Below, in pieces: positions 10,318 to 22,509 of a DNA stretch of 24,670 nucleotides. The position numbers and the translations under genes are program-made. Below the pieces are notes generated by a model. The model was not told where the DNA came from, ran no database searches, and worked only from the letters and a program-made list of their open reading frames with translations. Position 1 is the stretch's first letter. Each line of letters opens with the position of its first letter. The DNA comes from Veleropilina oligotropha (Eukaryota). The stretch covers positions 496,001-520,670 of the forward strand of contig JBEUKZ010000009.1 in assembly GCA_048128005.1 (NCBI GenBank), in the 5' to 3' direction.

Positions 10318-12232
10318 ATCTGTATCTGTATCTGTATCGTTACAATCCAGGGTCCTTTCGAACATGTAATGGATTGGAGGACGAGTGCGCTACGGTCTAA
10401 TAGCGCTGAAGGCTAGCACTGAGAGAGGTCTTAAATGTCTCAGTGGTGGCGCTGCTGTCGATCTTTTCGTCTAGTAAGTTCCAGTTGATTATTGTCCGAG
10501 GAAAGAATGAATTTTTAAAGTGATCGGTTTTAGCCTGAATTATCTTGAAGCCCTCGTCGTGTTTGCAGGAGTATTTTTCCACTGTATTGGTGTAAGTAAA
10601 GTCACTAAAATCCCTTGGTCGTATCCGACGTCCTTCTCTTGCTGGAGTTATAAAATCTCGTGAAGGCAAGGCTGGCACCGTGCCCTCGACCACCTTATAA
10701 AAAAGTGTCAGTCGCAACATGCGTCGGCGCTCCACAAGTGGAGCGCGGCCCTCGTTTCTCAGCATGTTGGTCACACATCTAAGCTTCCTCTCTGCTCCTG
10801 TAGTCACCGGTAATAAAGCGTGCCGCTTTACGTTGGACCCTTTCTAGATTGTTGATGTCGTATTGATAACAAGGGTCCCACACAACACAGCCGTATTCCA
10901 GGATAGATCTTACGAGGCAGATGTACGCTGCCCTGCGGCAGTCACGCGGGCAATGTTTCAGGTTGCGTACGCTGAAGCCGAGAGAACAGTGGGCTTTTTT
11001 CACGGTCTTCTTGATATGTGAATTCCACTTGAGGTTGTCGCTGATGATGACTCCAAGGTAGGGGCACTCGTTCGTCTGTCGCAGAATCTCTCCACCAAGA
11101 GAGTAGAAATGGGGTTTCTTGCTACCAATGCGAAGAACGTTGCATTTCTTCGAGTTAAACTTCATACCCCAGTCCGGGGCCCAACGTTCAAGTTTATCGA
11201 GGTCTTCCTGGAGCTTATACGTGTCGTTCACTGACCTAATCGCTCGGTACAGCAGACAGTCGTCAGCAAAAAGGCGAACTTGCGAAGTGACCACATCTGG
11301 TAAGTCGTTGATATAGCACAGGAATAATAAGGGTCCAAGGACCGTCCCCTGGGGCACACCAGACAGGACCGGAGCTAAACAGGAGTGCTCTCCATCAATA
11401 ACAACCTTCATTTCGCGGCCGCAGAGAAATGAACTAAGCCACTGGTGGATAGCGCCATTGATGCCATAATTGCGTAGTTTAAACATTAATTTCCGATGGG
11501 GCACTATTTCGAACGCCTTCGAGAAATCCAACACTATGACGTCAGTAGGGACACTGCTGTCGTGGTTCTTCAAAAGGTCATGCAAAGTGGTAATGGGCTG
11601 AGTTTCGCAGGAGAAACCTGATCTGAAACCGTGGTTTAGTTTAGTGAGGATGGAATTCCGATCCAGATGATCCAGTAGATGTTTGCAGATTATATGTTCT
11701 ATGATTTTGCATGACACGCAAGTCAATGACACAGGGCAGTAGTTTTCAGCAAGATGTACATTCCCTTTCTTGCGCTGGTCCAGTCCTTGGGTACTGTTCC
11801 GCTGGCGATGGAGTTCTTGGAGATACCGGAGAGGCCAGGTGCTAACTCGTTCGCGCAGTTTTTCAGTATTTGGTTAGGAATACCATCCGGTCCTATTGCC
11901 TTGTGTGTTTTGATTCGAGAGAGCAGTTTAGCCACACCTGATGTTGTAATTTCCAGGGGTGGTAATGGGTGTCGCACTCTGGTGGACATATTTGGACCTT
12001 CTGAGGTGTCCTTACTGAATATCGAACAGAACTGGTCAAGCAAGATACGAGCCTTTTCAAGACTGCCGTTTCTTAAGCCGCCTTCCTATTTTAGTGGTGG
12101 TACTCCAAAGTTCTCCTGTCTTCTGGATTTTACAAATCGCCAGAATGGCTTGGTGTTGTTCTCACGAAGGCCTTTCTCTATGGTGTTGTTAATGTAGGAG
12201 ATCTCTGCCTTCTTAAACTCGCGCTTACACTT
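10318..12232 (-). mobile_element. 5'-truncated CR1-group LINE with (GATACA)n tail
   Basis: Continuous ORF2 homology from CKREFKKAE..KPFWRFVKS to FFPRTIINWNLL. The 3' tail appears as (TGTATC)n at 10318-10338 on the + strand. The endonuclease domain is absent. Confidence 0.92.
10397..12232 (-). pseudogene. Disrupted LINE ORF2 reverse transcriptase
   Basis: RT motifs KAIGPDGIP, LDFSKAF, GVPQGTVLGPLLFLCYINDLP, LFADDCLLY, YLGV and LERVQRKAARF. There is an in-frame TAG at 12086-12088 and frameshifts near 11765 and 10782. Confidence 0.92.
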
Positions 12233-12569
12233 ACAAGGATTGACTGGCTTGACTGCTCTACATAACAGGAGTGGGATTGAATATCGGTGGGACATTCTTT
12301 GTTCTGTGAAGCCATCCTTGTTCATAACGGACCGATGAGACGGGGTTTCCCTGGCTAACGGGCGTTCCTCCCGGGATAATAATGAATTGTTCTGGTGTGA
12401 ACCTGATTGTTCTGGTGAAACGCGGTATTAAGTATCGATCCAGCACCAAGACATTACTGTACCGCGTGCGCACTCTTTCAGTTTCCATTATACAGTATTT
12501 TTTGGTTTGCACCACCTTCATAAGTGACACCGACCGTTCGTTCTAAATTATGCACGTCCGGTTATCCAT

Positions 12570-13115
12570 CCCTTATAGATCAAAATGAATCTATGTGTTG
12601 TGATTTTTAAATTGGTTTACAGATGACGATTCCACGACATTATTATGTAAATTGTCCCACTCCTCTGTCACCCGATTTGCAAAAATAGTGTTTTCTAACG
12701 TCTTGTCTTGACATTTGGTCCCCATGTGAGGCTTTAATTCTTCTCAGAAACTTAACTATCCTATCAACATTGTTATTTCTCTAAATAATTTGAATATATG
12801 AATCATGTATCTAATCTTTTTCTTCTTAAAGACAACGTTGTGCTATCAAATGCTCTAAGTCTCTCAATTCGCTTAACAAAGTGTATAGCTCGTCTTTGAA
12901 CTTGCTCCGGATGTTGGATATCTTTTTCAGGATATGGATTCCATGTTTGCACTGTATATTCTATATGTGATCTAACAATCTGCGTGTGTAGGCGTGTTAT
13001 GGTGGCTTTGGGTTACGCTTTATCATTCCTAATATTTGATTTCCATGTTTGGCTGCCTCTATACATTGATTTAATGATTTAAACATCTTCCCTACCTCTA
13101 CACCCAAATTTTCGT
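12570..13115 (-). mobile_element. Old CR1 LINE 3' fragment (different family from 10318-12232)
   Basis: Minus-strand translation gives IVRSHIEYTVQTWNPYPEKDIQHPEQVQRRA, TLSLRRK..DMIHIFK and FANRVTEEWDNLHNNVVESSSVNQFKN, matching the CR1 ORF2 C-terminus. Confidence 0.85.
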
Positions 13116-14007
13116 TTACACTACTTATATATGTATACACCTCAACATCCTGTAAAGTTTGCATTGTTCTTATAACATTCTGTTACTTCTGCACAGTTTC
13201 TTACTTATTATTTTCATATGTGTATACTATAGTATATTGTGACCGCGTTTATAACATTGTCTTAGCCCAAAATTGCTCATGTCATAAAATAAACATTTCT
13301 CTTAAAAGGGGAACAGAAAATCCACTTATTAAACAAGTATTTGGCAATTAGCGAACTGATTGAATATATAATTGTTGTCAATATTTTCTTAATATGTCTA
13401 GTATATGTAAAACGACAATTAATAGTTTGGATGAATAGTGGGCTGAGCATCACAATATTTTCTCATTCAACGTCTTCACTAGGATTTTTGGGGACAACTT
13501 TCTTTTATCTATCATTCAATCTTACGCTATATTCAAAAGCATGTAAATGATCCTCTGTATTGCATACATGTACCAACCCTCCCAGAATATATAATACATG
13601 AACAAGATCGAAGGTATCTCACAAACAAAGATTAGATTTGGTCCTAATTAGTGTCTTTAAAATACGTCAATATTTAACCAACATCCATGCAAGCTGTACT
13701 TAAATACATTATTAATAAAGTATTTTGTAAAAATATTTCCGACAAATCAGTAGGCTTACTTCAAGTTTTGAAAGTGGACTTTACCAGAATCGAGTCGGTA
13801 AGTATTGAGTTTAGTATAGCACAATCCATATCTTCAACACATTACATCAACCCCAAGAACTACATCAGTATCTGTAAATGCCATTTCACGTGACAGAATT
13901 TTCTAGTTTCCTTAACCGTACTACATAAGTACACCATCACCAACTTGTTTTAGCTAACAATATAGGTCATCAATCGTTTTATGTTCCTCCCACTCAGCAG
14001 AGGTCAT

Positions 14008-14088
14008 TAGGACATAAATTGTCCTCATTGACATTGCATTCATGAAGTAGGACGAATATTGTCCTCTCTGACATTGCTTATATAAATT
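14008..14088. repeat. Two imperfect ~40-bp tandem copies
   Basis: TAGGAC..ATTGTCCTC..TGACATTGC occurs twice in tandem. Confidence 0.7.
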
Positions 14089-15519
14089 GTTCCGGGACGT
14101 CAGTTATATTAGGGAACACTGAACTAACACTTGCCTGGTTTTACGTTGTATAAAATAAAATAAATATATTAAGCGCCTGACAAAGAAGAAGCAACGTTCG
14201 ACCTCATACTCTGGTTGGTGCCTATATAATACGTACTCTTTTCATTCGGTGTTGCAAGTTTTACAATTCGGTGAATATTACATTTCGATCTGTTTCGCAT
14301 CCAAATATAACATTTTTGGGGGTCGAAAATAAATGTTTATTAACACTAACTATACTGACCACTTTTATAAACTAGATTGTCATCCATCATTGAAGTGATT
14401 GATGCAATTAATGATATAATTAATGCAATTAATGATATAAAGGCGATATTATGCATGTGCCATACAGTTGTTTTAATAACAGTACCATGAGAGCAAAGGC
14501 GCATACATATGCGTTCATTGCATTATTTTAACGAAATTAAACGTGAGAGCCGCGTTCCAGTCTAGGTTTAGTTAATGTTCGTGAGTTTCTGAACCAAAAG
14601 GACACATATATATGGTGTACTGTGCATATATCCGATTAAGTATTTGATTGTCGCTTTATGAATATATAAGTACGAGGCAATTTACAATGGTAAAGTAATG
14701 AATGCCATGTGTGACACAAAAGCGAACATGAGTATGTAAAAAATCGTGACACATATATATTTGGACACCCAGTTAGGAAACGACCTTGTAGTGATCTCTT
14801 TGCAAAATTATATATATAATATGTAAGGCTTTCTTTATACTTTTCCATTAAATTTCTATTTCTACTTCTAGTAGACCTACATCTGTCAAAAGATTTTCAG
14901 GGTCTAGTATGCATTGACCTAACAATACGAGGTAATAAAAAACAATTCGTTTGAACTTTTGGTGACTTGCTTCAAATGATATACTTGTACTTGCTGGCTT
15001 ACCATAGAGAGTGCAAGGTGCCTCGTGTACTGCACGACGCATGTGCATCCATGCGTAACATCTCCATAAAACATGTGTTGTCGTACTTGATTGCATCGTT
15101 AGTACCATGACACTCCATTTATCAAAATAACAACAATCGAGTTGCATTCGTGCTTTTTGTGGTTTCGTATTTCCTGTTGCTAACAACCAGGACGAAAGAT
15201 TTGTGAAATACTATGCCTTACATACAACATAACTGGAGCTAAGATACAGCAGGGGTATTTATAGCGACCAGATCAGTTCGATGTTCATCCGGAACGTTCT
15301 AGACGGCATAGGGCTACCCATGGTGTATGTACATCGATAGACTTGCAACACGGGTTTCGTCAAGTCCCCTCTTGCGGACACAACTACATGTACTTATCAC
15401 CTCTACAGACTTAGCTATATCACTGATGATGAGATGGAAAGATGAATTAGTATTTTTTGCTTTGCCGAACGCTTCGCATGAAATCCATTGATCAAGTTGA
15501 TCCATTATGAATTTGATTG

Positions 15520-15750
15520 GATGGGTGGTTAATGTCAGGTTTTAAACAATCTTTATATTCATGCCTAACCATGTCCATATTGTCGCAGGGGGAAAGTTCG
15601 GTCGCCCAGAAACACTCTACCTCACAGAAAAGAACTGTAAACTGAACATAGAGATATTCCTCATGGTGGATTCGAATCAACTCCTGTTAGACAGAGCAGC
15701 CAGCCGAATGAATTCAGAGTTCGGGCTTTCATTCATTTGGCTACCGATAT
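15520..15750 (-). mobile_element. Degenerate SINE, same family as 257-462
   Basis: The minus strand has TAACAGGAGTTGATTCGAATCC and later CTTTCCCCCTGCGACAAT, paralleling CTTTCCTCCAGCGATAAT in the first copy. Confidence 0.5.
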
Positions 15751-16239
15751 GGTACGGGGATACAAATGAACATGACCGAATTACAGGCTTCACATGAAAA
15801 TCATCTGAGCTGAATGTGAACATTGATGGTAAACATATATATAGCATCTGCATCAATACGTACTGGGCGTGATGTTTTGTGCGTTGGATATTCATCGCTT
15901 TGAAAGCGGTGATCACGCACTGTGGACATGCGCAGCCAGCAGTTCATTACAAACATTAATTACGAATTACGAACGACGTCCGTCTTTAAAATTTCAATTT
16001 TTTTTCTGAAGAGTAGATCTGAAAAAAATGAAAACTGAATACAACATCGTCATTTTTTTACGTTAGCAAATAAGATAACACATTTATGATGTACTTATGC
16101 TTTGGAGGAGCCATGGTGCTGAGTTTTATATCATTGATATACGAATACGAGCGGACTCAGACTCATCTTAGACGGTTCTTCAATCCAATGGTCATATAGA
16201 ATTACTGGAGATGAGATGAGCACATCCAGGAAAATGACT

Positions 16240-16510
16240 GTGATTAAGTAACTAAACCGGATTGGATGAGGCCCGGGTTAACAAAGCCCGCGCGCACCAC
16301 AATTGGTTAAGGTTGTGTCGATAAGTATGATACTGGCAAAAAAATTGTTCTAAAACTGAGAAGAAGAACAAGCACGTGGAATTTAAGAACTCTTGACGCT
16401 CACAGTAATCTCGAACAGCTGGGACACGAGAACAAACGATACACTGGGACCATCATAAGAAGGCTTACTTCCGTAGGGAACGCAATAACAGCAGAAGGAA
16501 ACCTCGTCTA
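16240..16510 (+). mobile_element. RTE-clade LINE, segment 1 (5' region and start of AP endonuclease)
   Basis: Translation STWNLRTLDAHSNLEQLGHENKRY (cf. GTWNVRTL..GKLE.L..EM.RY), then GNAITAEG. Confidence 0.75.
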
Positions 16511-17834
16511 CAGATTGTTAAACACAGTCTAGTAAGACGTTCTCCAATGCGATCTAGACCTTGTCCATGCATCGGTTGTAAAACGAGATCAATAGGATTA
16601 TCGGAATGCGACTCATCGAATTGGAGTCAAAAGAAAGGTATATTATCTGCCGATCATGCACACTTTGAAAATGGCTGTGCAGACACAAGAATTGTTTTAT
16701 GTTTCTGGTGACTATAAGAGAGTGGTGTAATTAAATGTCGAAAAATGATTGAGCGGTATCATAGATTGTCTCTTTTGATATTGTAGATACATAGGGAATC
16801 GATTTCAGCCTTTCTAGTTTGTTGGTGGCATCGTAATCTAGAAGCCAAACTGATACATGGGAATCTTATTTGCAAAATACCAAAGACCATTTCAGTAATG
16901 TTGTTCGTTTGTGGTCAGTATATTGTATCGTCTCTCTTCGCCATTAGATGGGCGTATAACAGTCGTTAGAAACATCTCTAACCTGTATGCACGTTATCAC
17001 ACCAACATGATGCCGTAAACTTTTCAAACGTCCAGACAGTCTCTGGTGGTACTATTCTGAAACATGCGACTGTCCTGAGTAGTATGTTGCCAGCGAATAA
17101 CAACATTCCGAAATTAGTATATTATCATCACACATCATCTGAACATTCATGAATTAGACACTTTCGATTCACATAATTGGCAGCGTTTGGCACTCGTGTT
17201 TGAATGACAAGTAATCATGATGTGTGTATCATTTTTGTATCCTCTCACATATGGAAATCCAGTCATAGTATAGGGTGTATGTTATGGTGCGATGTAGTGT
17301 TGCTTCAAAGATGAGATAGCTTCACAGCCTGAACACTGATGCTACACTTGCGTTACTCAAGTGTCTTATTCCACGCTTGTAATTTCCAGTTACGAAGATA
17401 CCCACACACGCCAGTACCCGTAACTGGGGGTTTAATCAGTAGTTCATATTCGCTGCATGTGCGATCTGATAAACACTTGGGCAAGTATATAGTTTGCCGT
17501 CTGCTTGCTAACTCCAAACCTGCTATTTAATTCTTCGTCGTCATAAATGCTGAAAAATGTATACGTTTCCGAAAATGGTGAGGAAAATTTATCAAGAAAC
17601 TGTACATCAGTCAGGGTTCGCCACTGTTGTAATACCGGTCCAATCCTTAGACATGTGTCGGGGTGAGTCTACGGTTTCATGATTTTTCGTCGAAATTTAG
17701 TCTCTGCCAGATATATACAACGTTGGTGAAATGAAATCATGTTTATACCGATTCCATAATCGCCGAAAACTGAGTCTAGCTAGACTCGATTTGGTGAAAT
17801 GTATTTTCAATTTAGATATAGTCTAAAAGAGTTT

Positions 17835-18920
17835 GAACGGCATCTAAAGATTGGACTTAGTTTGTGAAATCGGCAGAACAGGTTCATGCAGTGATGAAGT
17901 TTAGATCTACCTCCGACTATAGGCCACGTATCACCTGCAGGTCGATTGTCGAAACGTTTAACCTCTCATTCATGCAGATCTATGTCCAAACCACTGACGC
18001 AACTGATGACCAGATGATATACGTACGTCAACATTTCCTGGGGTCCAAAAGAGGATATCAACCTCATACGGGAGACTGGAACGCCTGGTCCTGATGTGTA
18101 CCATCAATGTAAAGGTACGGTTGACAGATACGGACTGGCCGTCATCAACGATCGAGGATTATGGCTTCTCGAATTTGATCAATTCCAGGAGTCTACACCC
18201 TGTCTACGAAGGGAAGCCGAATCGCTAACCAAAATGGCGCTCGCCAAACGTCAAACCCACAACATATTGGTAACTAACAGATTATCTAGCAGCACCAACC
18301 TCGCCAGCACACGAATCTTCCGAGTGATGATAGAATGATCTGACCCGCCCATTGCAAAACATCTAATAAAAAGATTAAACGAGTGTGTTATGACCTCGAT
18401 AAACCCAGGACAGCAAGATCCTAAATCAGTTCTAAAACCAGGATTGTGTTTGATTAGCACCGTTGCTGACGATGCAACTAAAAATACGATTTTCAAAATA
18501 GGTGAAAGAAAACCTGCATGAGGCGGTTCGCAAGATACCAGGAAAATGCGTTAGTGACAACAAGGTACCCGGAATTGACACCAGATGAAACAGAAAAGCT
18601 GGTTAACAGATTCGATCATTGAGAAGTGTAACGAGAGACTAAAACTGAAACAAACCAGGTCCTGACTCCAACACGCATCATGAAGGCGAGATCTATCGAG
18701 CATTCAACGAGAAGATAAAACAGGAAGACCATGGAGACATGGATCCAACAGTATTGAGTTTAGTCCAATAACGCCAAGTTAACCTACGGCATCGTGTTGT
18801 AGCACACACTGCAGAAGTCGAGCAGGGTTAGCTGCATCAAAGACGCCCAATGGGATCCTAATATCCGACATTCCAATCATGGTAAATACGTGGTGCGAGT
18901 AATGCTCGGAACTATATTTA
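17835..18920 (+). mobile_element. RTE-clade LINE, segment 2 (endonuclease and linker), decayed
   Basis: FNLSFMQIYVQTTDATDDQ (cf. IIQVYAPT), GDWNA, GTVDRYGLAVINDRGLWLLEF and TWCE*CSELY (cf. RWTEYCSELY). Confidence 0.85.
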
Positions 18921-19092
18921 TAATTAAAGCTGCGAGCAGCTGTGAGGGCTTCAATCAGATAAACGAAATAAAAAAAAGACGTAAAACACAAAAAAATAAA
19001 AAAGTTTAATTTAAAAAAAAAAAAATTACAAAAAAAATCAATATTAACCGAGTTGGCCATTTCGTGACCATTTTCTGGCAAAAATAGGGCGT

Positions 19093-19475
19093 TTCCCTTA
19101 ATTAGGTCATTTACTGCAATGTAGGTCAACTGAGGTCAAAGGTCAAGGTCACATGTGAAAGATGAACCATGACTTCCCATAGGCTCCCCATAGTAACTAT
19201 GTGTCTGCGGTGCATCCTTTTTGATATATTGCCACTTGAAACAAATGCTTTAATGGCCGGCGAGGCACTTCCTGTTTTTCGATTTTATCACGTAAATTTG
19301 ATAAATGTCGACTACAGACATCAATAGTAGTTCTCTTGAACCACTATGGGCACACATGTATGCATTTTTCCTTAATTAGGTCATTTCCTGCAATGTAGGT
19401 CACCTGAGGTCAAAGGTCAAGGTCATTTTCGAAAGCCCACCCATGACTTCCCATAGGCTCCCCATAGTAACCATG
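19093..19475. repeat. Internal direct repeat (~105-bp conserved block, period ~274 bp)
   Basis: TTAATTAGGTCATTT..GAGGTCAAAGGTCAAGGTCA..CCATGACTTCCCATAGGCTCCCCATAGTAAC at ~19093 and ~19367. Confidence 0.9.
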
Positions 19476-19660
19476 GGTCTACGTTGCATCATTTCCAAGA
19501 TATAGCCATTTTAAATTGATTTCAGTATGGCCGCCGGTTAAATTAAAAATTCAAAAATCCACTCTCATGACATTTTTGACAAGCGACTCTGGCATCCGAA
19601 TATACTAATCATGTCCCGCTAGGTTAAATATTAACAAAGTTATAAAAGAAGCTAGTTTAT

Positions 19661-19977
19661 GACGTAATTCAAGATGGCCGCCAGACTACTAGCGCCATGA
19701 AACTTGAAAATAGAACGAGGCAATGCTTCAATGATGTGCCCAAGCACACATGAATTTTGAAAGCTGTAGCTATAGCCGTTTTCGCGCTAAAGTGCCCACA
19801 AAAAACGTCAGAATAAGAGACGTAATTCAAGATGGCCGCCAGACTACTAGCGCCATGAAACTTGAAAATAGAACGAGGCAATGCTTCAATGATGTGCCCA
19901 AGCACACATGAATTTTGAAAGCTGTAGCTATAGCCGTTTTCGCGCTAAAGTGCCCACAAAAAAACGTCAGAATAAGA
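19661..19977. repeat. Essentially exact 158-bp tandem duplication
   Basis: 19661-19818 repeats at 19819-19977, differing by one A in a homopolymer. Confidence 0.95.
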
Positions 19978-20037
19978 ATAACAACCGGTACAATTTCAAT
20001 AGGGCTTCAAGCTTGAAAGAGCTTGAAGCCCTAATTA

Positions 20038-21209
20038 TTAAATATCGGCTGAGCAAGAAGTTCTCAAAGAGTTGAAGGATCAGACTGCAGATCACGTCGA
20101 ACAAGGCCCAGAGATCATGGAAAGCGAAGTGGGGACAGCCCCGAATAGTCTCAAATACGGAAAGTCGAATTTTTGATAATCGAAGGGCGAGTCAGTGGTA
20201 AAAGCGTACATCATGCTGGATTTGCAACCATGAGTTCAACACAGCGAAATAGCATAAGGACTGGAATATACCTATGCCTATGCCAAATAATGGAAACCTG
20301 AAATATAACAAATACAATATTAAAAGCTTGATAAGCCACCCAAGTGTTCATCAAACACATGCAGCCACAAGCCGATCTTATATATGCGGAACAAGATGAG
20401 TTCTACAAAGGCAAGTCAGCAATAGAGCAAATATTATTTTGATGTCATGATGTTGTTCGGGAAGTATAGGCAACTTGGTAAACCGGTGTACTACAATTTG
20501 GTAGACAACAAGAAATGCTTTGATCGGATCCGGCAAGAAGGTCTAAGGGCAGATTTGAGGAAGTACAACATTAGCGTTACGCAGCATGGAGAATCATGGC
20601 TCTGATAGGAGATGATTTCAGCGTGTATTTCCTACTTCAGTATAGGAGTTAGCCATGGGTGCCTTTTACCACCAGCCCTGTGCAACATATTTCTCGATAA
20701 TATCATGGAAGAATTGTTCATCGAAATGGAGTTACCATTGACGATCTCAGCTGAACAATAAGCTACCTGAAGTTCACCAATGACATTGATCTCCTAAATG
20801 CATCAACAAATGAGCAACTCCGCTACTTACAGAAATGTGACAAAATCGGTGTCAGATATGGCATGGAAATCATCCTCTAGTAAAACCAAGACATCCGGTT
20901 GAGAAGGGCAGATCGACGTTTGCGTAAGAGACTACCACCAAGAACATTATGGAAGAGGTCACCTATACCTATGAGCCACACAAACGTCTTGGTCAGCCGA
21001 TATCTAATAAGTGTCACATCTCTCAAGGAAGCAAAACATCTATAGCCAAATCTGCAGCTGCACTAACCAATTGAAGATAATATGGCGTGACCTAAACATC
21101 TTAATGTCTTCAAAACTCCATCTGCTGAAGTCTTTGATTATCCCAGTGTCTCTGTATGCTGCAGAATCCAGGACCAAGAACACCGACATTGAAATGCTAC
21201 AAAAGGCTA
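20038..21209 (+). mobile_element. RTE-clade LINE, segment 3 (reverse transcriptase), decayed
   Basis: PEIMESEV..LKYGKS, VDNKKCFDRI (cf. IDFKKAFDRV), GVSHGCLLPPALCNIFLD (cf. GVRQGCLLSPxLFNIFLE), LKFTNDIDLL (cf. LRFADDI) and KLHLLKSLIIPVSLYAAES. Confidence 0.88.
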
Positions 21210-21212
21210 TAA

Positions 21213-21935
21213 AGCTGCTCTCCCACTATGCGAGTTCGGCCTTGCGAGTGGTTGAGAATACCAGCGAGTGACTGCGAGTATCAGTAACTCGCGTAGTGGG
21301 AGAGGGATTACTCGCAAGCACTCGCAGCCGCCACTCGTAAGCTACTCGCAGTCCCTCGCAAGGTTTAGGACATGTTCAAAACGTTGCGAGCTCCGCAAGT
21401 ACTCGCAAGGTCACTCGCTTGTGTGAGAGCTAAAACCGCTCTCCGCAAGTCCAGCGATTGAATTTTCATCATCCACAAGAAATAAAATTGTAATTAGTTG
21501 TATAGGCCTGACAGAGAAGAACAGAATACGAAGACATTCAAATGAGAGCGGGCTCAACTTAGCTTAGAGCAAAAATAGGACGTTAGTTAATTGTGCGGTG
21601 CTTCAAAGAGAATGAGATTATGTAGCATAACAACACAAAAACGGACAGACTATGTGAAAAGAAATCCAAGGCAATGTGAGCCAGTGACAAGTATATTTTG
21701 TGTTTTTTGTTTTATTATTATCCCTGTACATATTCAATATCTGCTTTTGGGTTTTGTCGCCATCATTTCACTGTCACATATAGGGCGATATCCAGTAAAC
21801 TCGCATAAGTTACTAGCAATCACTCGCATAGTGTGAGAGAACATACTCGCAGCGCATGCGAGTATTCTCTATACTCGCTCCCACTTGCCGGCGAGTTCAC
21901 TCGAAAGTCCACACTCGCCTAGTGGGAGAGCACCT
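21213..21935. mobile_element. Non-autonomous DNA transposon, PIF/Harbinger-like (723 bp)
   Basis: 23-bp TIRs AGCTGCTCTCCCACTATGCGAGT / ACTCGCCTAGTGGGAGAGCACCT (21/23). Numerous subterminal ACTCGC/GCGAGT motifs. Flanks are TAA and TAC (imperfect TSD). Confidence 0.8.
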
Positions 21936-21986
21936 TACTGAATAATAAGATTCGAACCCACACCTGTTGGACAGAGCGTTCAGGCG

Positions 21987-22370
21987 AGCAGCAGGGGGGG
22001 TGACCATACCTTTTATCTGGGGGTGCGGCGAGGGAAATTAAGGCTCCCAGCACTTTTCAGAATTAATATGGATCTCAACTCAGCAGCAGGGGTGATCATA
22101 CCTTTTATAATGGGAAAATAAGGCTCCCAGCACCTGTTCCGGGGGGGGGTGACCATACCTTTTATCTGGGGGTGCGGCGAGGGAAATTAAGGCTCCCAGC
22201 ACTTTTTCAGAATTAATATGGATCTCAACTCAGCAGCAGGGGGGGTGATTGGACTCTAATAGAATGGGAAAATACAGCTCCCAGCACCTGTTTAGAACTC
22301 AGGGTGCTCGGACTAGTCAGCAGGGGAGTTTAGACTAGGCCCCGGGGCCCACTGTGGAGGCTCCCAGCTA
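21987..22370. repeat. Complex tandem repeats (about 5 degenerate units; higher-order period 149 bp)
   Basis: Alternating AGCAGCAG(G)nTGA and GGGAAAWTAAGGCTCCCAGCAC blocks. 21994-22138 is nearly duplicated from ~22143. Confidence 0.9.
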
Positions 22371-22509
22371 TATTTTGGGACTGAGGGTAGGGCTTGTATT
22401 ACAAAAAGTCACCGTGTGTACAAACTCGGGTAGCCTAGAATAGTAAATTAAATTAAACACTTACCTGTGGACATTTCGGCCGAAACTCATATCACTAATC
22501 CCCTCCAGC

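Larger units (their letters stand above)
18923..20035 (-). mobile_element. HINE-type non-autonomous Helentron inserted in the RTE
   Basis: Hairpin AGCTGC-GA-GCAGCT (18928-18941) and subTIR AGGGCTTCAA (18945-18954). The far end has the palindrome TAGGGCTTCAAGCT..AGCTTGAAGCCCTA (20000-20033) next to an AATAAG tract. RTE homology stops and resumes at its edges. Confidence 0.8.

Noticed and set aside
11754..12197. 147-aa plus-strand ORF (also 11119-11316)
   Set aside because: Antisense shadow of the LINE ORF2.
10300..12250. Target-site duplication around the CR1-group LINE
   Set aside because: No convincing direct repeat was found at the two junctions.
13341..15916. Short ORFs and a 21-bp tandem duplication near 14402-14440
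   Set aside because: No homology is evident. The ORF lengths are expected by chance and the duplication looks like ordinary slippage.
18779..19129. 116-aa minus-strand ORF with a Phe-rich stretch
   Set aside because: It spans the RTE/HINE junction, and the hydrophobic run comes from poly-A tracts.
21987..22370. CRISPR-like repeat/spacer pattern
   Set aside because: The intervening segments are themselves duplicated and irregular in length, and the context is eukaryotic.
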